From a virus, in IMG/VR virus record IMGVR_UViG_3300045988_116799, positions 13,506 to 77,505 of that record: a stretch of 64,000 nt of DNA, one strand, 5' to 3'. Below the pieces are notes generated by a model. It saw only the letters and a list, made by a program, of their open reading frames with translations. It made no database searches and was not told where the DNA came from. Made by a program: the position numbers and the translations under genes. Below are positions 16,049 through 25,909 of the stretch, piece after piece. Within the stretch, counting starts at the first letter, position 1. Each line of letters starts with the position of its first letter.

Positions 16049-19000
16049 TTAATAATTTTTCTTCATTAAGTTATACATGTTCGCAATATCCTCACGTATC
16101 AGTATGATAGGAGCTGTATTTTTTACTATTTGTTGTAACTGCCCAAGACCTTCATATTGAATGTCACGCATTTCGGTCATATTTACAGCCATATTTTCAG
16201 CAAAGCTGCGCATTACACTTATATCTGCACATATCTGCGCTCTTGTCTCATTTCCTTGTTCAACTGCTATTTGCATAGCATAGCCAATTCCAATCAACGT
16301 GCTTGCTTGGTCAGCTGTTATTGCTTCGATAGCTTTGTTTGTAGCTGACTGGGAAGACACTTCTGCGTACCCAGTTATCTTAGCTGCTTCGTCACGATAT
16401 TGCATTCCTTTCTGAACAATGTCGTTATACTTCTTGTTAAGTTGAGATATTTCGTCAGAAGTAAGCCCGTTTTCTGCCATTTTTGCCCATTCATCATAGA
16501 AACTTTGCAATTCATTGTCAAGCAAATCTCCGATTTTAGCATCCATGACGGCATCAAAAAGGTAACCACTGAAATCATCAGCGAAATCCTTGGCACTCTT
16601 GCTCATATCTTTCAACGTGTTCTTGAAGTTACTTTTCAAATCATCGAATGACATGTTTGTAAGTCGTCCTGTCATTTGTTCATCAAGTTTCTTTTGAGCA
16701 TTTTCGTAGTTCTTGATGTAACTCAATACCATATCTGGTATCTCGCCAGACTTTCCGTTTTTACCTCCTTCCTTACGATATTCGTTCAATATTTTGTTCA
16801 AAGTCTCACCTTGGTCATAATCTCGGATTTTTGCCATTTCTTCAGCGGAAAGGTGTAGGAAGTCCCAACTTGACTTTACTGTTCTACCAAGTAGTGATGA
16901 AACTGTCGACATCGCTGTCTTCCATCCTTTGTTGTCCTCAACTGACTTGTTTAACGAAACTCTCCATCTTCCATGTTTCTCTGCTTCATAGTACATCTTG
17001 TTCTGCTCGTTAGCTTCGCTCTGTGCTGTTAGCTTTTTAGCATCTTCGTATGCAGCCTGTGCCTTGTATAGAGAACTATTCTGTATCGTATCGTTAAGAT
17101 TATCCAAGCATTGGGCAAGGACGTTGTTCTTCTGCGTCAATGCATCAATGCTATTTTGCATTTTCGCTGTGTTGTCACCGCCTATGCCGAGAACAGAGGT
17201 AAATCCTTGTATTGCCGATACTCCCTTTGTAAGAGCACCGACATAATTCCCTGTTGCAAAATCAGCTGCTGCTCCCGAAGCATCGTTGAATGCTGATAAA
17301 CCTTCAGAAGCTTTCTTTGCAACACCGCTCATTCCGAGATTTTCAAACAGTCCTGGTAGCTCGTCGATTCCCTTCTTAGTGATAAATTCCTGCGCATTAG
17401 TGAACCAATCAGCTACGCTCTGCGCTGATGAGCGTTTCGCTCCGTCCTCTTTGTTCTTAGCTTCTGCTGTAGCTTTTGCTGTCTTTTTTCTCGCTTCTGC
17501 CAACTTCCCTTCGAGTACTGCAAGTTTGGAAAGAAGTGTAGACATTTCATTGTATTCCTTGGTTGACTTATCTATACCGAACTTGTCAAGGTTGGATTGT
17601 ATGTCTGCCGTATCATCACCGATAGCACGTACCCCAAGGTCTGTAGCTTTGTAGTTTGCTGCTCTCAATGCCTCTTCATACTGTTTTTCAATATCTGCTT
17701 CCTTGGATTTTGCAGCGTTGAGTGCTTCTTGTGCTTCCTTAGCTTCATTGATGCGACGTATATGTTCTTGTTGCTTCTCACCAACAAAATCAAAAAGACC
17801 TCCTTGTTTGCTTATCTCAGAGTTGATGTCATTTATTTTTTCCTGTACTTTTGCTATATCCTCAATGTCTGTCAGCTTGCCACTTTTTAGCAACGTTTGA
17901 AGCTGATTGCGCAATGATTCAAGATATTTTTTAGTATGCGAAGATAAGTCGGAAAAAACATTCTCCCAATCTATCTGTTCGAAGATGTTTTCTTTGTTAA
18001 TACTACGCAGTTCGTTGTCTCTTTGTTGTTCAAGAGAAGCCTTTTGATAAGCATTTTCTGCTTTTGCAATCTTGTCTGCATACTCTTCTGTTATAGCAAG
18101 TTTCTTATCTTGTATGTCGCCGTATTCTTTCAAGAAGGCATACAATCCCGACTTCTCGCTTTCTATTAAGTCGTTGTTTAGCTTCTCTATCTTTTTACTT
18201 CTATCTTGACTTGCAAGTGTTTTCGACTCTTCAATAGCTTTTGATTGCGCATCCGTTAACGTTGCTCCTTTTCCTGCTTCTTTGTTCTTTTTACGGAATT
18301 CGTCTTCTTGTTTTTCAATTTCAGCAAGACGCTTCTTATAGTCGTTGTCTATTTCTTTTAACTTCTTTTCTGTACCTTCTTGCATAAGTGCAATGGTCGC
18401 GTCGATGTTCTTCTGTTCAAGTTCCAGTAACATCTTATTTAATTCTTCTTGCGCCTTCTTTTGCTTTTCTACTGTCTTGTTTTTTTCTTGCGTTCCTTCT
18501 ATACCTCCGAGCTTAACATCAGTATTGATAGTTTTCTGTTGCATCGCATAAGTACTTCTTCGCTGTCTTGATAAGAAATCATCCAAAATATCAGTATTGA
18601 ATTCTGAATATTTATTACCAGACTTTTTCAGTACATTTCTGACAACATTTTCGCCAGCATTGGCGAGTGCTACAGAACTTGCATTTTTATAACGACGTTT
18701 GGCTGCATTTACACCTGCTTCGTACCATTTCTGTAGTCTGTCTCTTTGCTTCCTGTATAGCTCGAGGTTTTCTTTTTTATTACTTTGATAAGATTCGTTT
18801 GCGCCCATGGCTACGACTGCACTTTCAGGGAAAGCTCCCATTCCAGATGTTGCCGAATCGACATATTTCGCACTTTTTCTTGAGCCTTTATGATTCTTGT
18901 CGTAATTTTTAAGATAATTGAGTTCGTCCGCAGTTCGTGAAGCTCCTCCAATTATCCTATTAAAGAAACGCAAGATGTTTGTCAATACAGGCGTTAAGTT

Positions 19001-21574
19001 GGCATTTAATGATGTCAGAAAACCGTTCCATGCGTTGTTTAACTTCTTAAGGTTTACGTCTGCACGTGTGTTTATGTCAGCTAACAGTTCTTCTTTGGTT
19101 GCTGCGTTACCAATTGTCTTTGTGTATTTTTCTATTGCTTCGGCATTTTTGATAAAATACATAGCCGTAGCTCTATTACGAGCCATGAACTTTTCTCCGA
19201 CATTTTCACCTCTATCATATGCTTCTTTAAGGTTTTTAAGTGCCGTAACCATGCCAACCATCGAAGGGTTGTATTCTTTCTGCAATTTTGACATGCTCAT
19301 CAAAAGCATAGAAAATTTTGACGCAGCCTTAGAAGCACCACCGAACTGATTGCTTGAGAATCCTATCAGTGACGACATTTCCTTGAAACTTATTCCATAA
19401 AGAGACGCGGTAGAACCAGCGGACTTTATGGCTTCTGCCATTTCTCCGAATGACGATGTTGTATTGCGAGAAGCCGTAGCAATAACGTTAGACATTTTCG
19501 TAGCTTCATCTGCCGTTAAATGGTATTCGCCAGATATTTCAGCAATGCTTTTTGCCGACTCCGCAGATGTCTTGCCTGTCAAAGCTCCAAATTCATTAGC
19601 TGCTTTAATCATTCGCGTCAAGGCTTCGGGAGAATCATTCAGACCATCCCACACCTTTACAAACTGAGTAGCTGATTGCGCCATATCCACACAGCTTTTT
19701 GAAGTCGTTGCGGATAATGCGAGAATATTCTGTCGGAGGTCTTTTATCTTGTCGGAATCCATATAGTGGTCAAGCGGTTGTAATGACACACGGAAAGCTT
19801 CTGAAGCCTTAGACATATCATACAATCCTTTGCCTACAGCAGCTATTGCTGCTCCCCAAGCTCCGATTTTTCCAACAAACCCAAACAACGCAGAAAAATC
19901 ACCTTTCATCAATCCGGCAAAAGAACTCTTCAATCCCCCGAATATTCCCTTTACTTTCTTTCCTGCTGCTTCGGCTTCTTTTCCTATGTTTTGCGTTTCT
20001 TTCGCACTCTTTTTTGCTTCTTCGGTAACATCTTTGTAAGATGCACCCATTTCGCGCAATTTTTCTTTACCTTGGATTATTTCACGGGTTATTTCATCTT
20101 GTTTCTGTTTGTTTTCATTTGCCTTGTCACTATTCTTTCCATAAACCTGCGCAATTTCCGAATACTCGTTTTTAAGTATCTTCAATTGGTTTATATCTTC
20201 TTGTATTACGGTTGCAATGTCGTTCTTTGACATTCCGCTCCACATATCGGTGGATGCTGTTTTTGTTTCTTCTGTAGCAGTGCGCAACTTTTCTAACTGT
20301 GCCGTAACTTCGGCAATTTGCTGTTGCTTTTCCTTGATTGCGTCACCTTCGGCAAAATAGTCTTTGATTGTTGTAAATGGGTTGTCCCCTTTGCGCATAG
20401 TAGAAATGAAGTCACCGCCCCATCCGTTGGCGTGGTGGGCTTGCATCTGCTCCAGTTGCTCGTTTAGCTTCTTTAATTCGTCTTCTTTAGCTCGTATTGC
20501 ATCAAGTGTTTTGTTTGTGCTTTCGGTTTCTCGCTTTTGCTCGGTTTCTGCTTTTTGCGCTGTTGAAGTATATGCGTCAGAAAGTCGCTGTAAGCTACTT
20601 GCAATTTCGTTTGCTTCAGTTTTAAGTTTGTTGGCACGTTCCAGAAGGGCATCGGCAGCACGTGCGTTCATTTCGTTGTTGTTATCCACGATGTTGCCAT
20701 CAACAATTTTAAATGTAGTTGCCGCTTCTCTTGCCTTCTTCTCTTTTTCTAACAAATCCGTTTGCTCGGACATTAATTGGCGATAACGTGCTTCTGCGCT
20801 TTCTTTGGCTTTAATGTATTCCTCTTCACTTGTCTTGCCTTGCAATATCCGTTCCGTAAGTTTGTCAAGTGCTGCCGCTTCTGCGTTTGCCGTTTCAGTT
20901 CGTTGTTGGTTTGCTTCTACCGCTTTCTGGTATGCTTGTGTATTATCTTTTACCGCCTGTGTTTCTGTGCCTATTTTCTCGGCATTAACACCGTGCGCCA
21001 CACTTTCTGTGCCTACGGCTGCTGCCGCCCCAGCGTGAACAGTCGCATTTGCGCCAGTTGCTGCCGTTGATATAGAACGACCTGCATTCAAGGTATCAAT
21101 AGCAGCATTGAGAGTACCAACATACTGCTGAGTACTGCCAAATGTACCCAACATTGATAAATATTCGTTGTTAAGTTTCTCTACTAAACTCTGTTGAGAC
21201 TTCAATTGTTCATTAATCTCATTCCATTTCTGAGAACCTTCGGTTGTTTCCGATAGTCTTTTTTGGAGCTTATCAATGGTTGCCTCCGCAGTCTGAGCCT
21301 CCGATGCAAGTTTCTTTAATGCTTCGGGCGTATCGGCAAGTGATTTGTTGATTTCTTCGATACCTTGCTTCAAGGTATGCACGGATTGCTTTGTCTTTTC
21401 GCTGTCAGATGCAGAACTTTGTGCAATATCATTCAATGCCTTAGTCATCTTAGAGCTGACTTCATCCGTTTTTACCCCGAGTAAATTAAGGTCATTTATC
21501 AGCTTATCTAATGACTGCTGTATGTCGGAAATATCCATTTGTCCGCTTATTCCAAGTATCTCGTCTGCTGCCAT
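16049..21574 (-). CDS. Tail tape measure protein
   Basis: 1841-aa ORF, highly helical/coiled-coil. Its core TSSFGEMAEAIKSAGSTASLYGISFKEMSSLIGF resembles the TP901-type TMP core. Canonical position after the chaperones. Confidence 0.9.
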   Translation of the reverse strand: MAADEILGISGQMDISDIQQSLDKLINDLNLLGVKTDEVSSKMTKALNDIAQSSASDSEKTKQSVHTLKQGIEEINKSLADTPEALKKLASEAQTAEATIDKLQKRLSETTEGSQKWNEINEQLKSQQSLVEKLNNEYLSMLGTFGSTQQYVGTLNAAIDTLNAGRSISTAATGANATVHAGAAAAVGTESVAHGVNAEKIGTETQAVKDNTQAYQKAVEANQQRTETANAEAAALDKLTERILQGKTSEEEYIKAKESAEARYRQLMSEQTDLLEKEKKAREAATTFKIVDGNIVDNNNEMNARAADALLERANKLKTEANEIASSLQRLSDAYTSTAQKAETEQKRETESTNKTLDAIRAKEDELKKLNEQLEQMQAHHANGWGGDFISTMRKGDNPFTTIKDYFAEGDAIKEKQQQIAEVTAQLEKLRTATEETKTASTDMWSGMSKNDIATVIQEDINQLKILKNEYSEIAQVYGKNSDKANENKQKQDEITREIIQGKEKLREMGASYKDVTEEAKKSAKETQNIGKEAEAAGKKVKGIFGGLKSSFAGLMKGDFSALFGFVGKIGAWGAAIAAVGKGLYDMSKASEAFRVSLQPLDHYMDSDKIKDLRQNILALSATTSKSCVDMAQSATQFVKVWDGLNDSPEALTRMIKAANEFGALTGKTSAESAKSIAEISGEYHLTADEATKMSNVIATASRNTTSSFGEMAEAIKSAGSTASLYGISFKEMSSLIGFSSNQFGGASKAASKFSMLLMSMSKLQKEYNPSMVGMVTALKNLKEAYDRGENVGEKFMARNRATAMYFIKNAEAIEKYTKTIGNAATKEELLADINTRADVNLKKLNNAWNGFLTSLNANLTPVLTNILRFFNRIIGGASRTADELNYLKNYDKNHKGSRKSAKYVDSATSGMGAFPESAVVAMGANESYQSNKKENLELYRKQRDRLQKWYEAGVNAAKRRYKNASSVALANAGENVVRNVLKKSGNKYSEFNTDILDDFLSRQRRSTYAMQQKTINTDVKLGGIEGTQEKNKTVEKQKKAQEELNKMLLELEQKNIDATIALMQEGTEKKLKEIDNDYKKRLAEIEKQEDEFRKKNKEAGKGATLTDAQSKAIEESKTLASQDRSKKIEKLNNDLIESEKSGLYAFLKEYGDIQDKKLAITEEYADKIAKAENAYQKASLEQQRDNELRSINKENIFEQIDWENVFSDLSSHTKKYLESLRNQLQTLLKSGKLTDIEDIAKVQEKINDINSEISKQGGLFDFVGEKQQEHIRRINEAKEAQEALNAAKSKEADIEKQYEEALRAANYKATDLGVRAIGDDTADIQSNLDKFGIDKSTKEYNEMSTLLSKLAVLEGKLAEARKKTAKATAEAKNKEDGAKRSSAQSVADWFTNAQEFITKKGIDELPGLFENLGMSGVAKKASEGLSAFNDASGAAADFATGNYVGALTKGVSAIQGFTSVLGIGGDNTAKMQNSIDALTQKNNVLAQCLDNLNDTIQNSSLYKAQAAYEDAKKLTAQSEANEQNKMYYEAEKHGRWRVSLNKSVEDNKGWKTAMSTVSSLLGRTVKSSWDFLHLSAEEMAKIRDYDQGETLNKILNEYRKEGGKNGKSGEIPDMVLSYIKNYENAQKKLDEQMTGRLTNMSFDDLKSNFKNTLKDMSKSAKDFADDFSGYLFDAVMDAKIGDLLDNELQSFYDEWAKMAENGLTSDEISQLNKKYNDIVQKGMQYRDEAAKITGYAEVSSQSATNKAIEAITADQASTLIGIGYAMQIAVEQGNETRAQICADISVMRSFAENMAVNMTEMRDIQYEGLGQLQQIVKNTAPIILIREDIANMYNLMKKNY

Positions 21575-21587
21575 ATTGTATATTATT

Positions 21588-21884
21588 TTAGCCCATCATA
21601 TCCATAAAGAAATCGGATGCGTGTATTGACTTTTTTATAGATTGAGGTTTGTTTTCATTTTGTTTTATGCCATCATGCCCCATATCAATATTCTCATTTG
21701 AACCAAATGTCGGGATAGAACGATTGAGGAGCATAATGTTAAGGTATGAGCGCTTAAATACGACCTCCTCGTAACTCATACGAAAATACTTCATTACTCC
21801 TCCGATTGTTGCCCAGGGGGAGTCGTTAACGGCTCCGTTATCGTCAACACTTGGGTGAGGAAAGTTATAGAGGTTAAGAAAAAA
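21588..21884 (-). CDS. -1 frame extension of the tail assembly chaperone (GT-like frameshift product)
   Basis: The -1 frame opens at a TAA two codons upstream of the slippery site (21893-21891) and stays open to 21588. The track ORF 21588..21794 is its distal part. Confidence 0.5.
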   Translation of the reverse strand, partial: FFLNLYNFPHPSVDDNGAVNDSPWATIGGVMKYFRMSYEEVVFKRSYLNIMLLNRSIPTFGSNENIDMGHDGIKQNENKPQSIKKSIHASDFFMDMMG

Positions 21885-22276
21885 TTTGCATTAAACGAAC
21901 GACTTACGAATTTTACAAGTTCGTTGAAGGCGATAATATCCAAGTTCTTTCGGATATAACGTCCCCATAGCCAACGTTTCCATGTCTTTCTGAATGCGCA
22001 TTTTATAAATATTTCATTCATGAGACGTGCATCGTTGCCGTGTTCTGCAAGAGCTTTGAATATATTAATTTTGTCTCCTTCACCCCATGATGGTTTTTTG
22101 ATATCATTAGCGTACACGGACATTTCCCATATTTGACCGAACGTCAAGGGCTTAACTTTAAATCTAAACCACCCAACTTTAATCTTGACACTTTCTTCCA
22201 AGATTGTGTCTGCCGTTATTTTCTTGTCTTTTGTTTTCATACCTATAAAATAAAAAAGCGGTGCGGTTTGGGTCAT
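21794..22276 (-). CDS. Tail assembly chaperone (G-like, zero-frame product)
   Basis: 160-aa ORF between the major tail and tape measure genes; contains the slippery heptamer at codons 131-133. Confidence 0.6.
   Translation of the reverse strand: MTQTAPLFYFIGMKTKDKKITADTILEESVKIKVGWFRFKVKPLTFGQIWEMSVYANDIKKPSWGEGDKINIFKALAEHGNDARLMNEIFIKCAFRKTWKRWLWGRYIRKNLDIIAFNELVKFVSRSFNANFFLTSITFLTQVLTITEPLTTPPGQQSEE
21878..21884 (-). promoter_or_regulatory. Programmed -1 ribosomal frameshift slippery heptamer T_TTT_TTC
   Basis: Minus strand reads AAT TTT TTC in the zero frame (codons N131 F132 F133); plus strand gaaaaaa at 21878-21884. Confidence 0.55.
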
Positions 22277-22292
22277 GCCCTTACCTCACCGC
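22255..22292 (-). terminator. Terminator-like hairpin after the major tail gene, overlapping the chaperone start
   Basis: Minus strand GCGGTG...CACCGC followed by TTTTTTATTTT; the chaperone ATG (22276) lies in the loop. Confidence 0.4.
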
Positions 22293-22312
22293 ATATCGAA
22301 GATTTGTGCTGA

Positions 22313-22882
22313 TTATACTTCCTTATCGATGTCTGCTTTTACATCTTCGAGCAAGGCCCAACGATGTCCGCTTACTTTTTCACCGCTTGCGTTGAACACA
22401 GCCATCTGGCGGAACTCAATGTTCAGGTTTGGAAGACCTGTCTTACCGATAGAACCGCTGCGAGTAACAGTCAGTTTCATTTTTGAGAACTGGAATACCT
22501 TAGCTGGTATGTCGTCAAGAACCTTGGTCTTAATCTGTACTGCCTTGTAGATTTGGTTATCAGTCGGGAGTTCTTCATTCCACTTGCTGTCAGTGGACGA
22601 CGTATAGCCGAGGATAGCCTTGAAAGTTTCAGCGGACAAGTCGTAGGTCTGTACCGTGAAGCCTTTGGTTGCTGCCGATGATGGAAGCACTGCATACGGG
22701 TCTTCTGAGTCTTCTATTTCTACGTCGCTCGTTGACGCTGCGCTATCATTGAATGTCAAAGAGCCAGACACGATAGCCTTGAACTTGAACGGAAAGTTAG
22801 TCGGATAGCCACCATTCGCTACAGGGTCGGCAATGGCAAATTCCTCAATGCCGTAAACACCATTTTTTCCTGTTTTTGCCAT
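22313..22882 (-). CDS. Major tail protein
   Basis: 189-aa ORF immediately upstream of the chaperone pair; positional call. Confidence 0.55.
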   Translation of the reverse strand: MAKTGKNGVYGIEEFAIADPVANGGYPTNFPFKFKAIVSGSLTFNDSAASTSDVEIEDSEDPYAVLPSSAATKGFTVQTYDLSAETFKAILGYTSSTDSKWNEELPTDNQIYKAVQIKTKVLDDIPAKVFQFSKMKLTVTRSGSIGKTGLPNLNIEFRQMAVFNASGEKVSGHRWALLEDVKADIDKEV

Positions 22883-22886
22883 ATCG

Positions 22887-23291
22887 TTAATTCTTTAAAT
22901 TGTTAAATATTACGTGGAATTTCAAATTAATGTAGTAAGTATTGTCGTTGTCGGGTGTCGGTCGTGAATCGGAATAGAATTCAAAATACGCCCCTTCGAG
23001 ATATGTGTTATCTTCGAAAAAAGCGAGCAGATTCTTTGCTATTGTAATTAGTCTTCGTGTGTTGGGTTCGTCATTGGCGGTACGTTTAACATGTATGTTA
23101 ACATTTACAACGCCTTCGTTTATTGTATCTTGCTGTACAAAAGGCAGATGGTTTATGACGACATATTCATTCAAGCTTGATTTCTTGGGGATTTCATACT
23201 TGAAGACCCCTTGCTTATTTATGCCGATTTTTTTACATTCCTTTTTTAAAAGCTTATACATTGCACTTACAGCGTCATCCCCTAATGTCAT
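22887..23291 (-). CDS. Tail terminator/completion protein (positional)
   Basis: 134-aa ORF between the connector genes and the major tail gene. Confidence 0.35.
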   Translation of the reverse strand: MTLGDDAVSAMYKLLKKECKKIGINKQGVFKYEIPKKSSLNEYVVINHLPFVQQDTINEGVVNVNIHVKRTANDEPNTRRLITIAKNLLAFFEDNTYLEGAYFEFYSDSRPTPDNDNTYYINLKFHVIFNNLKN

Positions 23292-23310
23292 ACCTTACGT
23301 TTTTTTATTG

Positions 23311-23736
23311 TTAGAGCCACAATTTGAGGTATCGTCTTTTGTATGTTGTAAAGCCTTTTACCTCCATAGCTTTATTGATTGTACCGTCCTTTTTTATTAT
23401 CATTACCTTGTCACCTTCACGAGGTAGTATTTTATACTTGTGTTTGGAAAGAGGAGCAATTACTTCATACGAGTAAGCATACCGTTGCCCGTCATTCAAA
23501 CTTACAAGCTTTGCACTGGTGTTAGGATAAATAAGGCATTTGCCGAATTCTAAAAATCTTGTTGCAGTCGCTTCTACAGGATTTCCATCCTCGTCATAAC
23601 CGCCACCAATATTTTCGTGTTCCACTTCAAAATTAGGCTCTCCATTGTCGTTCATGTCAAAGAACCTGTCTCCAACCTGAACATAGCCAACATCGTAAAC
23701 CTTAATCTGTACCTGTAGCTTATCCTCAAAGTTCAT
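23311..23736 (-). CDS. Head-tail joining protein (positional)
   Basis: 141-aa ORF in the connector block. Confidence 0.35.
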   Translation of the reverse strand: MNFEDKLQVQIKVYDVGYVQVGDRFFDMNDNGEPNFEVEHENIGGGYDEDGNPVEATATRFLEFGKCLIYPNTSAKLVSLNDGQRYAYSYEVIAPLSKHKYKILPREGDKVMIIKKDGTINKAMEVKGFTTYKRRYLKLWL

Positions 23737-23749
23737 GTCTTACCCTCCT

Positions 23750-24103
23750 TTACCAAACGCTTACACTTCGCAACCAATAATCGTCCGAATCTTCATTAAG
23801 AACAAGGTCAGCATCCAATCCAGCGTCTTTGGCGATAGATTTAATCATATCGTCAATCAAGCTGTTCTTATCCTTATAGCCTTGTGATATGCCGCCCACA
23901 TTCTCGCTTGAAAGCACACGCATCTTATACAAAATGCGCATTGCAGCATAAGCTACAGGCTTCTTTACAGGCACTGAATATGTATCATCAACACTTGCCG
24001 ATGTGCTATACTTGTCGGCTGCGTCGATAAACATTTTCTCTATTGCTTCGTCAGAAGTAGAGAATGGCTGTATTTCACTTGCAATAGCTTCCGAGATTGT
24101 CAT
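23750..24103 (-). CDS. Head-tail connector/adaptor protein (positional)
   Basis: 117-aa ORF directly downstream of the capsid gene. Confidence 0.35.
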   Translation of the reverse strand: MTISEAIASEIQPFSTSDEAIEKMFIDAADKYSTSASVDDTYSVPVKKPVAYAAMRILYKMRVLSSENVGGISQGYKDKNSLIDDMIKSIAKDAGLDADLVLNEDSDDYWLRSVSVW

Positions 24104-24110
24104 GCTGTCC

Positions 24111-24155
24111 TTGTCTTAATGTTACAACTTACTACATTTAGAGTTCTTAAGACAA
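24111..24155 (-). promoter_or_regulatory. Stem-loop after the major capsid gene
   Basis: 9-bp inverted repeat TTGTCTTAA (24111-24119) / TTAAGACAA (24147-24155); no U-tract follows. Confidence 0.3.
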
Positions 24156-24159
24156 CCTT

Positions 24160-25251
24160 TTACTTGGTTGTCTTGAGAATAAAGAGGTCGTTCAAGCCGT
24201 TAAAAACAGGCTGCGCCCACATATCGTAGTTTACATGATAGCCTGTATTGTCACGCCAATAACCTACAAGGTTGTCGTCGTGAGAAGAATATGAGACGTT
24301 CGGAATTGGGTCTACCAACTCCAATGGGTCGGAGATCTTCATTATTGCTACCGTTTCAGTACACTGTGCTACAACACGGTCGTCAACGATTAGATTGACT
24401 GTTGAGCCGTCTGCAAGAGTTACGAACTGGTTTTCGTCAATCTGTATTGCGGGCAGCAGAACAGAGCGCAGATAAGTGTTTACTTGGTCTACTGTAAGCA
24501 TCGGCACGGCAGGGTTAATCTGTACAGTGCCAAGGTTAAGCTTGAACGTGTCCTTGATTTCCTTCGCCTTACACATCTTGTAGAATGTGTTTTCAGACAT
24601 ACGGAGCTTCATAATCTTGCGACCCTTCTTCGTTGCCTCGTCCTTAAGCATCATGATGTCGGCAATTGGCGTTGCTGTCTCTGTACCCCAGTTGTTGGTA
24701 ACGGAAAGCTCCTTGATGCCGAGGTCGAAGGTGTAGGACACGTTTGCCTTTGCGTTGTTGGTGCGAGAGACAGTTTGTTTGCCCGTGTATAATCCTTCAT
24801 AATAAAGCATATCAAGACGTTTGTGTGGTGCAATAACAGCACGCTCAAACGGACGGAAAGAAAACTCTATAAGTTTGTCGTAATGTGCATTGAGTTGTTC
24901 CTGCGTATAATCACGGCCTTCAGCGTCACGATAACGACCTTCAAGCTGATGCAGCTGGTCAAGATAATTGTTGTCAAGCTCCCACTCATCACCATAGCGA
25001 CCAATAGAGCCAGTCAACTGACCAAAGTCAGGCATATGATGTACAGGCTTCTCAGCGTTCTGGGCGATAACAGAACCAACCATGGCAGCAGTGTATTCTG
25101 CGAGATTAGCCTGATAAACCTTTGCAGCACAATATTCTACCTCTTTAATCTCGTTCTTCCACAAAGCTTTATAAGTGGAGGTCTTCATGCTTTTGTCAAT
25201 ATAGCTCTGAAAAGATTTTGGGTCTAATAGCTGTTTTAGAATACTATTCAT
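24160..25251 (-). CDS. Major capsid protein (lambda gpE-like by size and position)
   Basis: 363-aa ORF following the scaffold and decoration-like genes, matching the lambda Nu3-D-E order. Confidence 0.7.
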   Translation of the reverse strand: MNSILKQLLDPKSFQSYIDKSMKTSTYKALWKNEIKEVEYCAAKVYQANLAEYTAAMVGSVIAQNAEKPVHHMPDFGQLTGSIGRYGDEWELDNNYLDQLHQLEGRYRDAEGRDYTQEQLNAHYDKLIEFSFRPFERAVIAPHKRLDMLYYEGLYTGKQTVSRTNNAKANVSYTFDLGIKELSVTNNWGTETATPIADIMMLKDEATKKGRKIMKLRMSENTFYKMCKAKEIKDTFKLNLGTVQINPAVPMLTVDQVNTYLRSVLLPAIQIDENQFVTLADGSTVNLIVDDRVVAQCTETVAIMKISDPLELVDPIPNVSYSSHDDNLVGYWRDNTGYHVNYDMWAQPVFNGLNDLFILKTTK

Positions 25252-25301
25252 ACCTTTCTATATTTTGTGTTATTGTTATCCTGTTAATAAATAACTTGCT
25301 G

Positions 25302-25880
25302 TTACTGAATCTTGAACAACGCAATACCATTAGCGTTCAAGCCTGCCTTGATGTCTGCGTTAATAGGGTAGGGAAGTGAAGCTTCCTCAACCTCCATAAC
25401 ACGAAGTGTAGGCTCAACCTGCTGCGAAGCGTCCTTGTCAAGTTCCTTAGTTGCGTAGGTAAAGCCAAGGATTACGTCAGAGTCCTTGTTGTAGTCAGTA
25501 ACAATGTCGTTTGCATTGATAGCAGCGTCGAGTCCTGCTGAAAGCGTCACAGTGTCAAGTGTAGCAGTTCTTGCGATAGATGAGATTTTCTTGCCGCCAA
25601 TGGTGTCACCCTCCTTAAAGAGAGAACCATGTGCGAGTTTCACTGTTTTGGCAGCAGCTTCAGCCTTTTCTGTAACCTTTGCAGTCTTTACAGCGACAGC
25701 CTTGCCACCTGTGCCAAGCTTAACAACCGTACCCTTAGGCAACCATTTTAGTTCGGCTGGCAGATTGCTCTGGTCAAGGTCATAGCCGCCCTGTCTTACA
25801 ACGCACTGCTCTTCCCACCAAGAACCTTCCTTAATGTCGGTAGGCACGGTCTTTTTGAGGTACATTCCTTTATAAGCCAT
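25302..25880 (-). CDS. Head decoration-like protein
   Basis: 192-aa ORF between the scaffold and capsid genes; positional call. Confidence 0.45.
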   Translation of the reverse strand: MAYKGMYLKKTVPTDIKEGSWWEEQCVVRQGGYDLDQSNLPAELKWLPKGTVVKLGTGGKAVAVKTAKVTEKAEAAAKTVKLAHGSLFKEGDTIGGKKISSIARTATLDTVTLSAGLDAAINANDIVTDYNKDSDVILGFTYATKELDKDASQQVEPTLRVMEVEEASLPYPINADIKAGLNANGIALFKIQ

Positions 25881-25909
25881 ACTTTACTAATTTTAAATTT
25901 TACAATTGA

